Position numbers and translations under genes: made by a program
Notes under the pieces: generated by a model
What the model saw: the letters and a program-made list of their open reading frames with translations, nothing else
Told to the model about the DNA's origin: nothing
Databases searched by the model: none
Shown here: positions 30,347 through 41,223 of the stretch, in pieces
How the letters are laid out: the number at the start of each line of letters is the position of its first letter
Numbering within the stretch: position 1 is the stretch's first letter
NCBI GenBank assembly: GCA_000004985.1
Contig: GG738914.1
Direction: 5' to 3' (one strand)
Source: Naegleria gruberi
Taxonomy: Eukaryota
Length of the DNA: 64,000 bases

Positions 30347-31492
30347 ATGAAACCACCAAGTTTCGAATCACAAGTCATAAATTCTTCCAACTCTAAAACA
30401 CAACAAATAACTGCCTTCAACAGTGTTACCTACAATACCGACAATACCATTGCTATCAAATATCTAAACCAATCGAATGGTGACGTTTCCAAAGCCATTG
30501 AAAATTATTTTGATGAACAGGAACAACAGTCAACTGATTCAGATCGATCAAGTATTTCAAATCCTTCCAGTGATGTAATTCGCATTTTGGTTGTTGGTAT
30601 TACAGGTTCTGGTAAATCATCCCTTGTCAATGGAGTTACTGGAAGTACATTAGCAACAAGTGACAATGCCAATGGATGTACCTGTGGATATAAACGACAG
30701 GAATGTGAATACGAAAGTCAAAAATTCGAATTAATCGATACAGCTGGATTTGGTGAAGTTTCTGAAGTTGGAACTGTAAAACCAGATGTTGCTTTCAAAT
30801 CTATTCAAAAATTGGTCAGATATTCATACTCTGGTTACAATTTGATCGTATTTGTGACAACAAAGAAAAAAATTACTCAAACTGATGTTGATCATGTCAA
30901 GCTAATCACAGAGATACTTTGTAAAAACTCCATTCCAACAGTATTACTTGTTAACAAGTCTGAATCTGGTGCTAACAAAATTGATGACATCTGTCAAAAT
31001 AAGTGGCTCAATGATAATAATGGAGCAAATCTGAATGAATTCTACAAAGCTTTTGGAAAGGACACCTTTCGAGCCATTCAACAAATTGCTTTTCCAAAAG
31101 GTGAAAAATCAATCCTTCAACAAATTAGAGAAGCATCCAAAAGGATATTCTTCGAGAAGGTTATTCCCTATGCTTCCCCAACAAGAATTGTCATGAAACA
31201 CACAGTATCTCAATTTCTATCGGATTGTTACAGAACTGAGACAAGTGGTGTAGATGGTACCTCAAAGCATAATTTCATTGTTGGAACCATACTATTGCCC
31301 TTCCTTCCACTCATGTTATGGGCGGAGAGTTTTGAAAAAACCATGAAAAAGAGGGAAATTAAAGAGTTGGAAGAAGAGCACAGTAATTTTTTGGTTTCAA
31401 CCTTATCAATCAGTAAGAAACAGGCAGTACAAATTGCCAAAGAGAGCGTCACCTATGAATTTTCTGAATTGGGATCAGGTTCATGGGAATAA
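30347..31492 (+). CDS. P-loop GTPase, AIG1/GIMAP-like, paralog C, with an N-terminal UBA-like domain and a C-terminal hydrophobic segment
   Basis: N-terminal TIAIKYLNQSNGDVSKAIENYF is UBA/CUE-like. G1 VGITGSGKSS; G3 DTAGFG; G4 LVNKSE. C-terminal FIVGTILLPFLPLMLWAESF is a possible membrane anchor. ATG at 30347. Confidence 0.5.
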   Translation: MKPPSFESQVINSSNSKTQQITAFNSVTYNTDNTIAIKYLNQSNGDVSKAIENYFDEQEQQSTDSDRSSISNPSSDVIRILVVGITGSGKSSLVNGVTGSTLATSDNANGCTCGYKRQECEYESQKFELIDTAGFGEVSEVGTVKPDVAFKSIQKLVRYSYSGYNLIVFVTTKKKITQTDVDHVKLITEILCKNSIPTVLLVNKSESGANKIDDICQNKWLNDNNGANLNEFYKAFGKDTFRAIQQIAFPKGEKSILQQIREASKRIFFEKVIPYASPTRIVMKHTVSQFLSDCYRTETSGVDGTSKHNFIVGTILLPFLPLMLWAESFEKTMKKREIKELEEEHSNFLVSTLSISKKQAVQIAKESVTYEFSELGSGSWE

Positions 31493-31719
31493 CGAGTTGA
31501 CTTGTAAATCCTAACACACGCTCATGCTCTTTCACTCTGTACCTATACCAACCTACCGTGTAACATTCTTGTTAAATTTGCTTTCAATTCCGTTGATTAC
31601 GATCAATCAACATTTTCAAACACAAAACATAAAAGCTTGTTTGTTGTTCAACAATTTTTGCTTTTACAAAATCTGCTCAAAAGTCTGACCTAAATATTTG
31701 AATTCTACAAATCAAAAAA

Positions 31720-32751
31720 ATGTTGTTAGCATCTGTCCTTCTTTCAATCTTTGCAATCTGCTTCACTATTGTGTTGATCATTCTCTGTAAAACTGAATTT
31801 GATTCTGATGAAATTTATGTTTTTCCTTCGGTAAGCATTGACGGAAAGGAAGAAGACAACACGTCATCAATTTTTGAACCATTGCCAACATGCAGTAGTG
31901 CTCCTCTATCATCAACTCATGAAGAAGTGGACGAAAGTGTTCCATTGATCATTGACTTGGGATTATTTGATTGTTATTATGGGAGACCAAAGAATAGTGA
32001 CGGAGTGTCAAGTCCTATGTACATGTTGTCTACTGTTGGGTTCAGATCTGATTTTTCAACTCTAGACTTTGGAAATTGTCAAGAATATTCCAAGTGTGGT
32101 TTCGAATACAAATTTTTGATGGCCAACGTAGAGAATGTTGAAAGATATTTCATTGATTTTGTTACCAATATTATCAACAAGTCAGATCTTGGCAATAAGA
32201 AGATTAGATTGTTGATTGTTGGACCAGAATTAGATTATGATAACGAAATTAGAAAGAAAATGACTCAATTACTATTCGAATGTTCGAATGTTACTCATCT
32301 CTGTATCACTAAACCTTCCGAAATGGCAGCTTTCGCGTTAGAGAAGAAAAATGCAATTATCATTCACTCTGATGGCATCTCAACTAATATTGTTCCTGTT
32401 ATTGAAGGCGAATCTTCTGATTACTTATTGAGATTTGAAAATTCATTGGTTGACTATAAGAATTTAACAAAATTCTACATGAAGAATCAAACAAAACTTG
32501 GAGAAACAGTGAATGCTTCCTCTACTGGAATTTCAAAGCTTGTAATTGAACTCCTTTCTGATCTTGGAGATGATTACAATTTCACAGATACAATAGTTTC
32601 AGGTCGCTCACTTTCGTTTAAAAGAATGAAAGAATGGAAATCAATTCCAAACATATCTAAGAGTGAATACAAACCAGAAGAATTAGTTTGGATGGGTGCA
32701 TGTAAATTCGCAACTTATAGCTCAAACCAAAGATGGGTTTCACTTCAATAA
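31720..32751 (+). CDS. Highly divergent minimal actin-fold (Arp-like) protein with an N-terminal hydrophobic anchor
   Basis: PLIIDLGLFDCYYG recalls the actin phosphate-1 motif [45 protein letters not shown]...IIIHSDGISTNIVPVIEGES aligns to the actin [55 protein letters not shown], and C-terminal ...TIVSGRSL...VWMGACKFA to VLSGGTTM...[10 protein letters not shown]. Subdomain 4 is shortened. N-terminal MLLASVLLSIFAICFTIVLIILC is TM-like. Confidence 0.45.
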   Translation: MLLASVLLSIFAICFTIVLIILCKTEFDSDEIYVFPSVSIDGKEEDNTSSIFEPLPTCSSAPLSSTHEEVDESVPLIIDLGLFDCYYGRPKNSDGVSSPMYMLSTVGFRSDFSTLDFGNCQEYSKCGFEYKFLMANVENVERYFIDFVTNIINKSDLGNKKIRLLIVGPELDYDNEIRKKMTQLLFECSNVTHLCITKPSEMAAFALEKKNAIIIHSDGISTNIVPVIEGESSDYLLRFENSLVDYKNLTKFYMKNQTKLGETVNASSTGISKLVIELLSDLGDDYNFTDTIVSGRSLSFKRMKEWKSIPNISKSEYKPEELVWMGACKFATYSSNQRWVSLQ

Positions 32752-33261
32752 ATTGATTATTTTTTCCTTAATTCCAAAACATGCAGCAATTTCAGAGCTT
32801 ACAATGCTATATTAGTTATGGTATTGAATCTTGGGCGGCATGAGAAAGCATTCAACGTTTGGTTTGATAACTAACCTTAATCCAAAAGAAACAATTTCCA
32901 CAGACAATTGAAAATGATTCGCCCTTACTCAAATAATCTCTGATGGCACCACAACAGCAGCGATCAATCATCTACTGATCCAAATTATGGGAATGAGAAG
33001 CAGCAGCAATTGAGGAGATGCAAAATGTCCCCTCGTGTTAAATTCATTATTTTTTACACATTTTGAATCTTTGTTATTTGCGCGGGAGGAAAGGATGCGA
33101 ATGTTTTTGGTCTTAATGTCCAAAAAGGAAACACGCTTGCTGAATATAAAGAGGCAGAAAAGTTCTGAAAAAGATAAGGCTGTCTTGTGGCCTGCTTCGT
33201 TATAGTTGAAACCATACCAAGTGTTCCCCTTTTTTTGTGTGAAGTTCAGAACTGAAGGAGG

Positions 33262-36200
33262 ATGATGTTGTTGATTAAGGTAAACATGACTTTTAATGGA
33301 CCCTCCTCACCTATCAATTCGCCTTAAAGAATCCCTTCTATTTTGTAACTTGCATTTGATTCCATGTGTATGCATATGGATACATTGAAACGACCAAAAA
33401 AAACCCCTCAACTTGGCTGTGCACACAAACAGAGTTGCACCACACGCTTAACCTTAAAGAATTCATCGAAAAACAGTTCATTGTATAGGGTACGAAATGA
33501 ATAACTATCACTCTCTTGTTAAATTAGCTGATAGCCGTCATTTACTTGATGGTTGGAAGGTCTTTTATTGTTAAAGGAACTACCACTTGTTTTGGAGAAG
33601 ACAGTACCAGCTCTACCTCTTGTGGTGCTTTTGGAAAATGTGTAGGGAATGATACTTGCTCATGTGACCCCAACGTAGCAATAGGTTAGTAGTGCTTGTC
33701 AAACTTTTGCTTATGGTAATCACTTTTATTAAGGAACCAAATGCGAAACACAATTGTGTGGAGGTAAATTACCAACAGATCCGAAAGTTTGTGGAGGAAG
33801 GGGTGTATGTTATAATGGAGATTGTGCGTGCACTTTGGATGAAAGATTTGGTTCAACCCAACACGTTGGACTCACTTGTGAAATACCAGTTTGTTTCCCA
33901 CTCCTTGTAGATCCGTACAGACGTGAATACGAATGTGGAGGACATGGCACATGTGTAGAAACCAATATCTGTGATTGCCATGTTGGATATGGTGGTTATG
34001 ATTGTACCAAGACTGGTTTCAAATGTAGTGGAATCAATGCAACAAATTCCAAGGTGTGTTCTGGGCGTGGACAATGCATCGATCAAGATTATTGTCTTTG
34101 TCAATCGGATGATTATGGTGGAGTTGACTGTTCGACACCCAAGTGCAATGGTTTTCTAGCAACAGAAGAGGGAGTGTGCAATGGACGAGGTCAATGTCTG
34201 CAACCAAATAATTGTACTTGTACTTCTGGATTTAGTGGAACAAATTGTGAACTTGATGCCAGTAATCAACAAGTTGAGAGAATAGTGACTTGTTATGGAG
34301 TGCTTTCAAATGATTCTGTGAATGTATGCTCTGGTAAAGGATCTTGTTTTGGAAATGATTATTGCAGCTGTCAGATAGGTTATACAGGTGCTCGGTGTAA
34401 TGAAACATTTTGCTTTGGAGTTTTACAAACAAGTGACAAGACATGCTCTGGAAATGGTGTTTGTTCATCATTGAATACTTGTTCATGCAATAATAATTCA
34501 CCCTTTTTGAGATATGTGGGTGAGGAGTGTGGAATTCTTCAATGTCGAGGAGTTGACTTGGAATTTTACAACTCCACCGATGTGAGAGTATGTTCAGGGA
34601 GAGGAGCATGCATAGATCATTTAGGATGTGTTTGTAATGAGGGTTATTATGGAGAATCTTGCCAAATCTCTTCATGTTTTTCAGTTTTATCAAATAGTTC
34701 ACAAGTTTGTAATGGTCATGGAATTTGTCAAGATTTGGACAATTGTGAATGTTATTCAAATTCTACAAATGGATACTGGTATGGAGATGATTGTTCGGTG
34801 TGTGCTAATTCCTATGAAGGAAATCTCTGTAATCTAAAGAAATCTTGCAACTCTTCCACTACTTGTATGAGCTTGGGTGAGTGTTCAAACAATGATTTAT
34901 GTCGTTGTGAAAGCTCTTTTGATGGAGAGAATTGTGAAGAATGTGCTCTTGGTTATTATGGCCCTTTGTGTGAAATATTTTGCTCTGCAGAATTGAATTG
35001 TTCTTCGAATGGAGTGTGCTCAAGAGATGGATTTTGTGATTGCTATCAATCGAGAGAATTGGGTTATTTCCAATCAGAAAACTGTTCCAAATGCTCGCCA
35101 GGATACTTTGGTAATGACTGCTCAACGTTTGTTGGATCAAATTTCACTTTTAACAATTATGGAAATGAGCTAATTTTGAGAATAATTCCTCCTCTCAATA
35201 TTGACAAGATTCAAACTGAAAATGAATGCAAAACTTTCTTCCCCCCTAGATCTAGATTAAAACTGGGTGGAGAATTCACTTGTCATTGGATAGACGTTTA
35301 CAACGGATATCTTTCAGTGCTGATTCCTCAAAACGCAACAATTATACCAGGAGATTTCTTAGAGTTTAATGTTTATTCATTTGAACAATATGCAAAACCA
35401 GCTCAGTATCGAAATATCACGTCATTTGCAAGTGATGTGAACAAGATTATCACGCAACATGCTGACATTGAAACTGCAACAAGTTTCCAGAAAGGAACAA
35501 CCTTAACCATCAGGGGAAAGAGTTTGATAAGTATTGAAAGAGAAAGAGAATTGTATTATGAGTGGAGTATTGTAAATTCTAACCCTACTATGAATTCACT
35601 AAATAGTCATGTCAGCTCTCAGTCAGGATGGGGTAAATCAGTCATTTCCATTCCAAGTTCTTTCACATCAAGTGTGAACCTTATCAATCTCAAACTAAGA
35701 ATTGCAAATTATTATCAACAATTTGGATCTGAAAAGCAAGTTATCTTACAAGATTTGTCAACTGCCAGCTCATCAGTCAATCAAGTACAAATCAAAATTA
35801 CAACAGCAAGAAATAGATTATACATACTCAATGATATACTTCCTTACAAAATCAATTGCAAATTGACCGTAAACGGTGTGCAAGTCACCAACATTATATC
35901 GAGCGGATACTCAATTGAATGGAGTCTAAGTCCTGATCTTGGAATAGGTTTAGCAAATCTCACCCTTATTACATTGAAACCATATACAAGTGACAATAGC
36001 ACTGTTTTGTTTACATCTGAAGATACTCTGTATTATGATTTCTACAATGTACCTTATACAGTCTTTAATGTGTCAGCTGTTGTTAAGAAAAATGGAACTG
36101 TCGTCTCTAGTGACAGTTTACAAATTCATTTCAATTTATTTGAGCAAAAGCAGTATGGTATTACACTGTCTCGAACACCTACTGATATGACCATTGATGC

Positions 36201-37308
36201 TCAATATCCAGCTGTCATATCATTATCCATTCCACCAGAAGTAACAATTTTATCAGTTGAGTGGGCATGTTTTGCCTATCACATGTATAAGGGAAAGTGT
36301 CACGATCAATATCAAGCAATTATTGCTCAAAGTGGAAACAAGACAAGAATTGAACTTCCAAAGAGTGCCATTTTCCTTCATTATAACACTGTAAAATTCT
36401 CTGTAAAAATTACAACCACTTCAGGAGTTGAGTATCGAGATACAAGTTTTTCACCAAGTGCCTCCTATCAAATTCCATATGCAGTCACAGAGACTGCCTT
36501 CTTCAGTTCTGGCTATAGAGGACCATTTAGATTGTATTCTCTTCATGGAACTAAATTCTCTTTCGAATATCGTTTATTTGATAGCACAGAACCATCCATA
36601 GCATCAGCAGGTGATGCTCCAGCCACAACTGGAACAGTTACAGCATATAACGTTTACAGTAACAATCAAATTACATTAAGTGCCGCCAATGGAATAACTA
36701 CCTACACAGACACTTACTACAGTGGTCCAAATTTGGCTAAATTAGTTAAAGTTGACATGACAAAATTTTCATCTCCAATTTATTTCCAAGTGAAATTTAC
36801 TTACAAAACTTTGGAGATGAATGTTAGACAATATTTAATTATTGGAACAGTTCCAAGAGAAAGGGTGGATATTAATGTGAAAGTTGTTCCATTCGTTCAA
36901 AATCCAGAGTTCAGCAATTACATTTTTCAAGTTTCGAATGATGTAGCAAATTCATTCTATGAAGTAACTGTTTCTCTTTCTCTGAGATATAAGAATGACA
37001 CTAGCATGTCCTACTCATTTGGTTCTCTGTCCATGTTTAGTTTAAATAGAGAGGTAAAAATTGCCTTTCCACCTCTCTTGGATTCGTTTACAATCTATAA
37101 GAAAGTAACCTATTATACGGATTCCTGGGTTGGGTACGAACATGAAGAATCACTTTATATCTACGAAGAAGAAGTTGCCTCATTCCCTGCCTCTCCACAC
37201 AGTTCTGATCCATTCATTAAGGCGATGCAATCAAAAATTAAGATTGCATTCGAAAAGGGATCGAATTATCTTTCTTCAGCTTCATCCATTATGAATTCAT
37301 ACTATTAA
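33262..37308 (+). CDS. Large secreted EGF-repeat glycoprotein (about 16 laminin/tenascin-type EGF modules plus a Cys-poor C-terminal domain of ~800 aa); 3 exons, first exon inferred
   Basis: Exon 3 (33734..37308) and exon 2 (33528..33684) are joined by a 49-nt GTTAGT..AAG intron (33685..33733) in phase 1: ...NVAIG|TKCETQLCGG.... A candidate exon 1 at 33262..33279 (ATGATGTTGTTGATTAAG + GTAAAC donor) with an AG acceptor at 33527 would give the signal-peptide-like N-terminus MMLLIKLIAVIYLMVGRSF. EGF modules such as CSGRGQCIDQDYCLCQSDDYGGVDCSTPKC repeat. Many NxS/T sequons. Confidence 0.6.
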
Positions 37309-37505
37309 ATCAACAATTATTGTCCCTGGAAATAGTCAACTCGTTCTGAATACTTACAAACTGGTTAACAAAAAAAACCGCCAAAAATAAATTTAAAAAA
37401 ATAACGCAAACCATAACTGCATGGATGACCTTTTGTGGTGAATGGAATTTTGAGCGAAAAGAATAACCTTCATAGCTTGTTATTGCCTTGAGCGATAATT
37501 TAATA

Positions 37506-37602
37506 TTCAAGCTGATGAGTAAGACACGGCGTCGGGTTACTCCTTCGCGCTCAATCATACATGTGGAAATAACATCTTCCGGGCGTTTTAACCCTGATTG
37601 AA
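37506..37602 (+). ncRNA. Candidate box C/D snoRNA
   Basis: A 5' terminal stem half TTCAA is followed by box C TGATGA (37513..37518). Box D CTGA (37594..37597) is followed by the complementary 3' stem half TTGAA. Spacing is about 97 nt, in an intergenic region with a locally GC-rich core. The guide target is not identifiable here. Confidence 0.3.
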
Positions 37603-37675
37603 TATATAGAAAACAGAATAACAATTTTATGCTTTTGAATTTCTCATTAATTCTTTACATCAATTTGAAAGAAAA

Positions 37676-38752
37676 ATGGACAGATTTCTCACTAGTTCTG
37701 GTCACGAAAAGCATTTTTCTGGTGAGTTTTTTATTTTGAATTTTTGTGATGCTATTCCATTATATTAAAATCATCGGATCTAACAAATAGCTGAGGATAC
37801 AATATTTACTGATGATATCTGTGAGGAAATTTCATCATTTCTTGAATCTTTTTTCCTTCTAAATAATTGTTTATTAATTTCAAAACAATGGTTTCGAATA
37901 ATTAAAGAAAATGTGAAACATTCACTCAGTTTTGAGAAACAGATGAATTATCAAGCAAGTGAACAATTATTACAAAGTCAATTTTTAGGAAACATTATTG
38001 AATTGAGTTTTTCTAATCAGACTTTGACTCAAAGTGGTGTTTTGTCAAATGTTATCAAATCTCTAATTTTAATGAAAGAATTAATTACGTTGGATATTTC
38101 TTACCAAAAAATAGGTGATGCAGGATCGAATACAATTGGTCAATTGATCAAATTGACAAAACTTTATGTTTGTGGAAATGAAATCAGTAGTGAAGGAGCC
38201 AAGTCAATTGGTCAATTAAAAAATCTTACCTATCTCAGTGTCAGAATTAATCATCTTGGATCTGAAGGAGCCAAATCAATTGGTCAACTTGAAAAATTAA
38301 GAACACTTTACATTGCGCACAATCAAATTGGAGATGAAGGAATCAAATCAATTAGTCAATTGAAGGAATTAACAACATTATATACAGACTACAATCAAAT
38401 TGGAAGTGGAGGAGCCAAATCAATTGGTGAAATGAAACAATTAACAGAACTTGGCATTTCTGAAAATAATATTGAAGACGAAGGGGCAAAATCAATTGGT
38501 CAACTAATATATCTTAGAAAACTCTCAGCATCTCGATGCAGAATTGGTGATGAAGGGGCTGAATCAATTAGTAAATTGATTAATTTAACAAAACTCAGTA
38601 TTAACACAAATCCAATCAAAGATGAAGGAGCCCTCCACATTATTAAATTACCCCAACTGAAAAAGCTTGACATCACTCGGTGTAGTATTAAAAGTGAAGG
38701 GAAAAAAGTGCTCACCGAAATGAAACTAGTATTCAAAACTCTCTATCACTAA
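37676..38752 (+). CDS. F-box/LRR-repeat protein (RNI-like 24-aa repeats), 2 exons
   Basis: Exon 1 (37676..37721) is MDRFLTSSGHEKHFS. A 69-nt intron (37722..37790, GTGAGT..ATAG) leads to exon 2 from 37791, AEDTIFTDDICEEISSFLESFFLLNNCLLISKQWFRII (F-box-like). About 10 repeats follow of the form NLTxLxxxxNxIGDEGAKSIGQLK. The track ORF at 37913 starts on GTG. Confidence 0.6.
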
Positions 38753-38759
38753 AAAAGAA

Positions 38760-41223
38760 TATTTTACGGTTTTATGTTACTCTTTAGGATGGAAGGAAAT
38801 ATTGAGATACCTTCCAATAAATTTTCTTGATTACTTAATTTTTTGTTAAGAAAAAATACCCGCCAAATATTCCTTCCAGTTTTGCACAGAATTCCAACTT
38901 TTATTGGAAAATTAAAAAAGATTAAAATAAATTTGAAAAATGTTTATTTTTTATTAAAAAAATTTAAACGTTTATTAATCGAATGAACCCGACGGGTTCG
39001 TCCATTTGGAACGTCTTATTGAATTTTTAAGATTTTGTTGTATTGTTTTTGTACTCTTCCTCCAAAAAGTGAGAGGCCTCCTTGTATCTTGGGCCATTGT
39101 TCTTTGATAATACCTTGAATAGGTTCTGTCAGAATACCAAAGATATTCAGTTGGAATGAGTTTGGTGTTAATGTTTCTGTCCTCTCTGTGCTTAGTACTG
39201 GTTCGAGATTGGTATTTTTTTTGATTTCTTCAATCATCCAGTTTCTAGCTGAATTCATTTCTGGGCATTCTATGAAGAGGTGTTCTGTGTCAAGGTTTTT
39301 GTTACATGTTGGGCATTGTGGGTTGTCTACTATGAGGCTTCTTAAGTGTCCATTTATCATGAGCCTCCAGATTGAGTATTTGTGAGTTGGGGTGGTATGT
39401 TCTTTGAGGTACTTGAGATTTGTTCTGTTGATGAGTTCGGATGTTCCTTGATCGTAGAGCTTTTCACTAAGTACTCCTTTGATTCTACTTTTCCAAACTT
39501 TTTTCGAATTGGTGATAATTAATTGCCCTTGAGTTAGTAGATGTTGGGGTGTAATTCGATGTCCTATTCTTGAGGCTTGTTTGGCTTTCTTATCAGCGTA
39601 GTTATTTCCATCTGTTATTCCTGTATGAGCTTTTGTCCATTCGATGGATGCTTGAAGTTTTTTAGTGCTGATGAGGTTGGTAATTTCATCTTTGATTTGC
39701 TTAAATTGACCTTTGTAATTTGTGTTGTTAATTATTTTGACTGCTATTTCACTGTCAGTGAGTACCTTTGCATTGCTGTTTGGTGGTATGATGTGTAGTG
39801 CTGTTGTAATTGCTGATAATTCAGCCATGTTGTTTGAGTGGTATGAGTGGAGCTTGTATTTGTATCCTTTTGTAAATTCGTTGTTCTGAATGATTACACT
39901 GAATCCTACTTTGTTTTCTGATTTGGATCCATCAGTCCATATTGTGAATTCTGAGTAGGAGTATTGTTCATCTTTTTCCTTTTCCAGAAGTTGATGATTG
40001 GTGTTACATTTTGTTGTGGTAAGTTTGTGTTGTTTTAGGATGTAGTGGAATTTCTCAAATATGTTGTGTAGTTTTGTTTTGTTCGTGTTACAGTTATTAA
40101 TTCCGTACTGTACTGCTTCTCTGACAAGTGGGTTACTTGAGTGGAATTTGTTGATTAAGTTATTGCAAAGGATTGAGTTGGCTATGTATTCGAGGTTTGG
40201 AATTTCTAGTCCTTTTCTTTCGAATTGTGCATACATTATGGATGGTTTTACCTTTGCATCGATCTTCAGTGATCTTTTTAGGTTACCCCTTATTGTTGAG
40301 TCAATTGTTTGTAGGCGAGGATTGGAAATTGAATTTCCTCCTGCTAGATGGATAAAACTACTAATTGTCTTGCCCATTATGATTCTTTTGAGATTTTCTG
40401 GTTCTATCAAATGGATTGGAAGTATTTTTAGTATTTGTGTTACTCTAGCTTCTCTTTTGTCAATTTCTTTTGTGAAGAGATGGTCTTCTGTGATGTAGTT
40501 TCCTAATGTTCTTTGATTGGTTTGTCTTGGTATTAACGTATCGTCAAGCTTAACTGTGAAGTCTTTAAGGGCTATTCTTTCCGGTGTGACAGAAGTTATT
40601 GATTTAGAAGCATTGATTTTCATTTTGAGATTCCCTATCCATTTGTTCAGTTGTTTGAGTTTGGTATTGTGTTTCTTGTTGGGTTGTGTTACTAATGAGC
40701 AGTCATCAGCAAAATTAAGAGTTCCTATTTCTTCAATTTTGAATGATGGTGTGACAGGTATTTTCCAATTCTCGATTTGGTAATCTATTATAATTTGGGT
40801 GATTGTGTTATACATTAGTGGTGCTAGTGGACATCCTTGTGGAACACCTCTTGTTTTGGTGAGAGGGTTAATTAATATGTCATTCCATTCTATATATGCT
40901 TTGTGATTGCTGTATGCATTGATTATGAATGTAGTGAGATTTGGTGGGAATTTACAATGTTTCATAGCTAATCTAAGGACACAATGTTCTACACCGTCAT
41001 ATGCATTTTCTATGTCCAAGTTGGTGATTACAAATGCATTTGTTTTCTTGTATTTGACTCTTAATGCTTGGATTACTAGAATATGGTTGTTAACTTCTCT
41101 GTTGGATGTGAATGCTTGTTGTCTAATATTGATGTTATCTTTTGCCCATTTACCTATTTTCCTTGCTATGATGTTAAATAATAGTCTATATAGTGTACTA
41201 TTTTTTATTAAAAAAATGATCAA
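38760..41223 (-). mobile_element. 5'-truncated non-LTR (LINE) retrotransposon: RT, RNase H and a CCHC zinc knuckle, with a structured 3' UTR
   Basis: Minus-strand ORF 39016..41223 has RT motifs 0-C (…AFTSNRE…, DIENAYDGVEH, RGVPQGCPLAPLMYN, FADD), an RNase H block (TDGSKSENKVGFSVII...DSEIAV...KAHTG...NNYADKKAK), and a C-terminal Cys/His knuckle (CPTCNKNLDTEHLFIECPEM). There is no endonuclease or ORF1 part, and the RT fingers start at the ORF edge. The 3' UTR contains a perfect hairpin GAACCCG-A-CGGGTTC (38985..38999). The 3' boundary is not precisely defined. Confidence 0.75.

Noticed and set aside
32760-33500. Search for spliceosomal snRNAs, 5S rRNA, SRP or RNase P RNA in the GC-elevated spacer and other gaps
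   Set aside because: None of the diagnostic sequence blocks (U1 ACTTACCTG, U2 branch-site GTAGTA region, U6 ACAGAGA/AGC box, 5S boxes) were found by eye.
34232-35140. Minus-strand ORFs (175 and 93 aa, His/Asn-rich) inside the EGF gene
   Set aside because: Antisense artefacts of Cys-codon-rich (TGT/TGC, read as ACA/GCA) sense sequence.
40061-40783. Plus-strand ORFs (145, 60 and 88 aa) within the LINE
   Set aside because: Antisense to the RT/RNase H ORF; hydrophobic junk composition.
40907-41215. 5' extension of the track ORF 40907..42271 upstream of the RAD1 ATG
   Set aside because: This portion is the antisense of the LINE reverse-transcriptase ORF and shows no RAD1 homology. RAD1 similarity begins after the Met at 41216.
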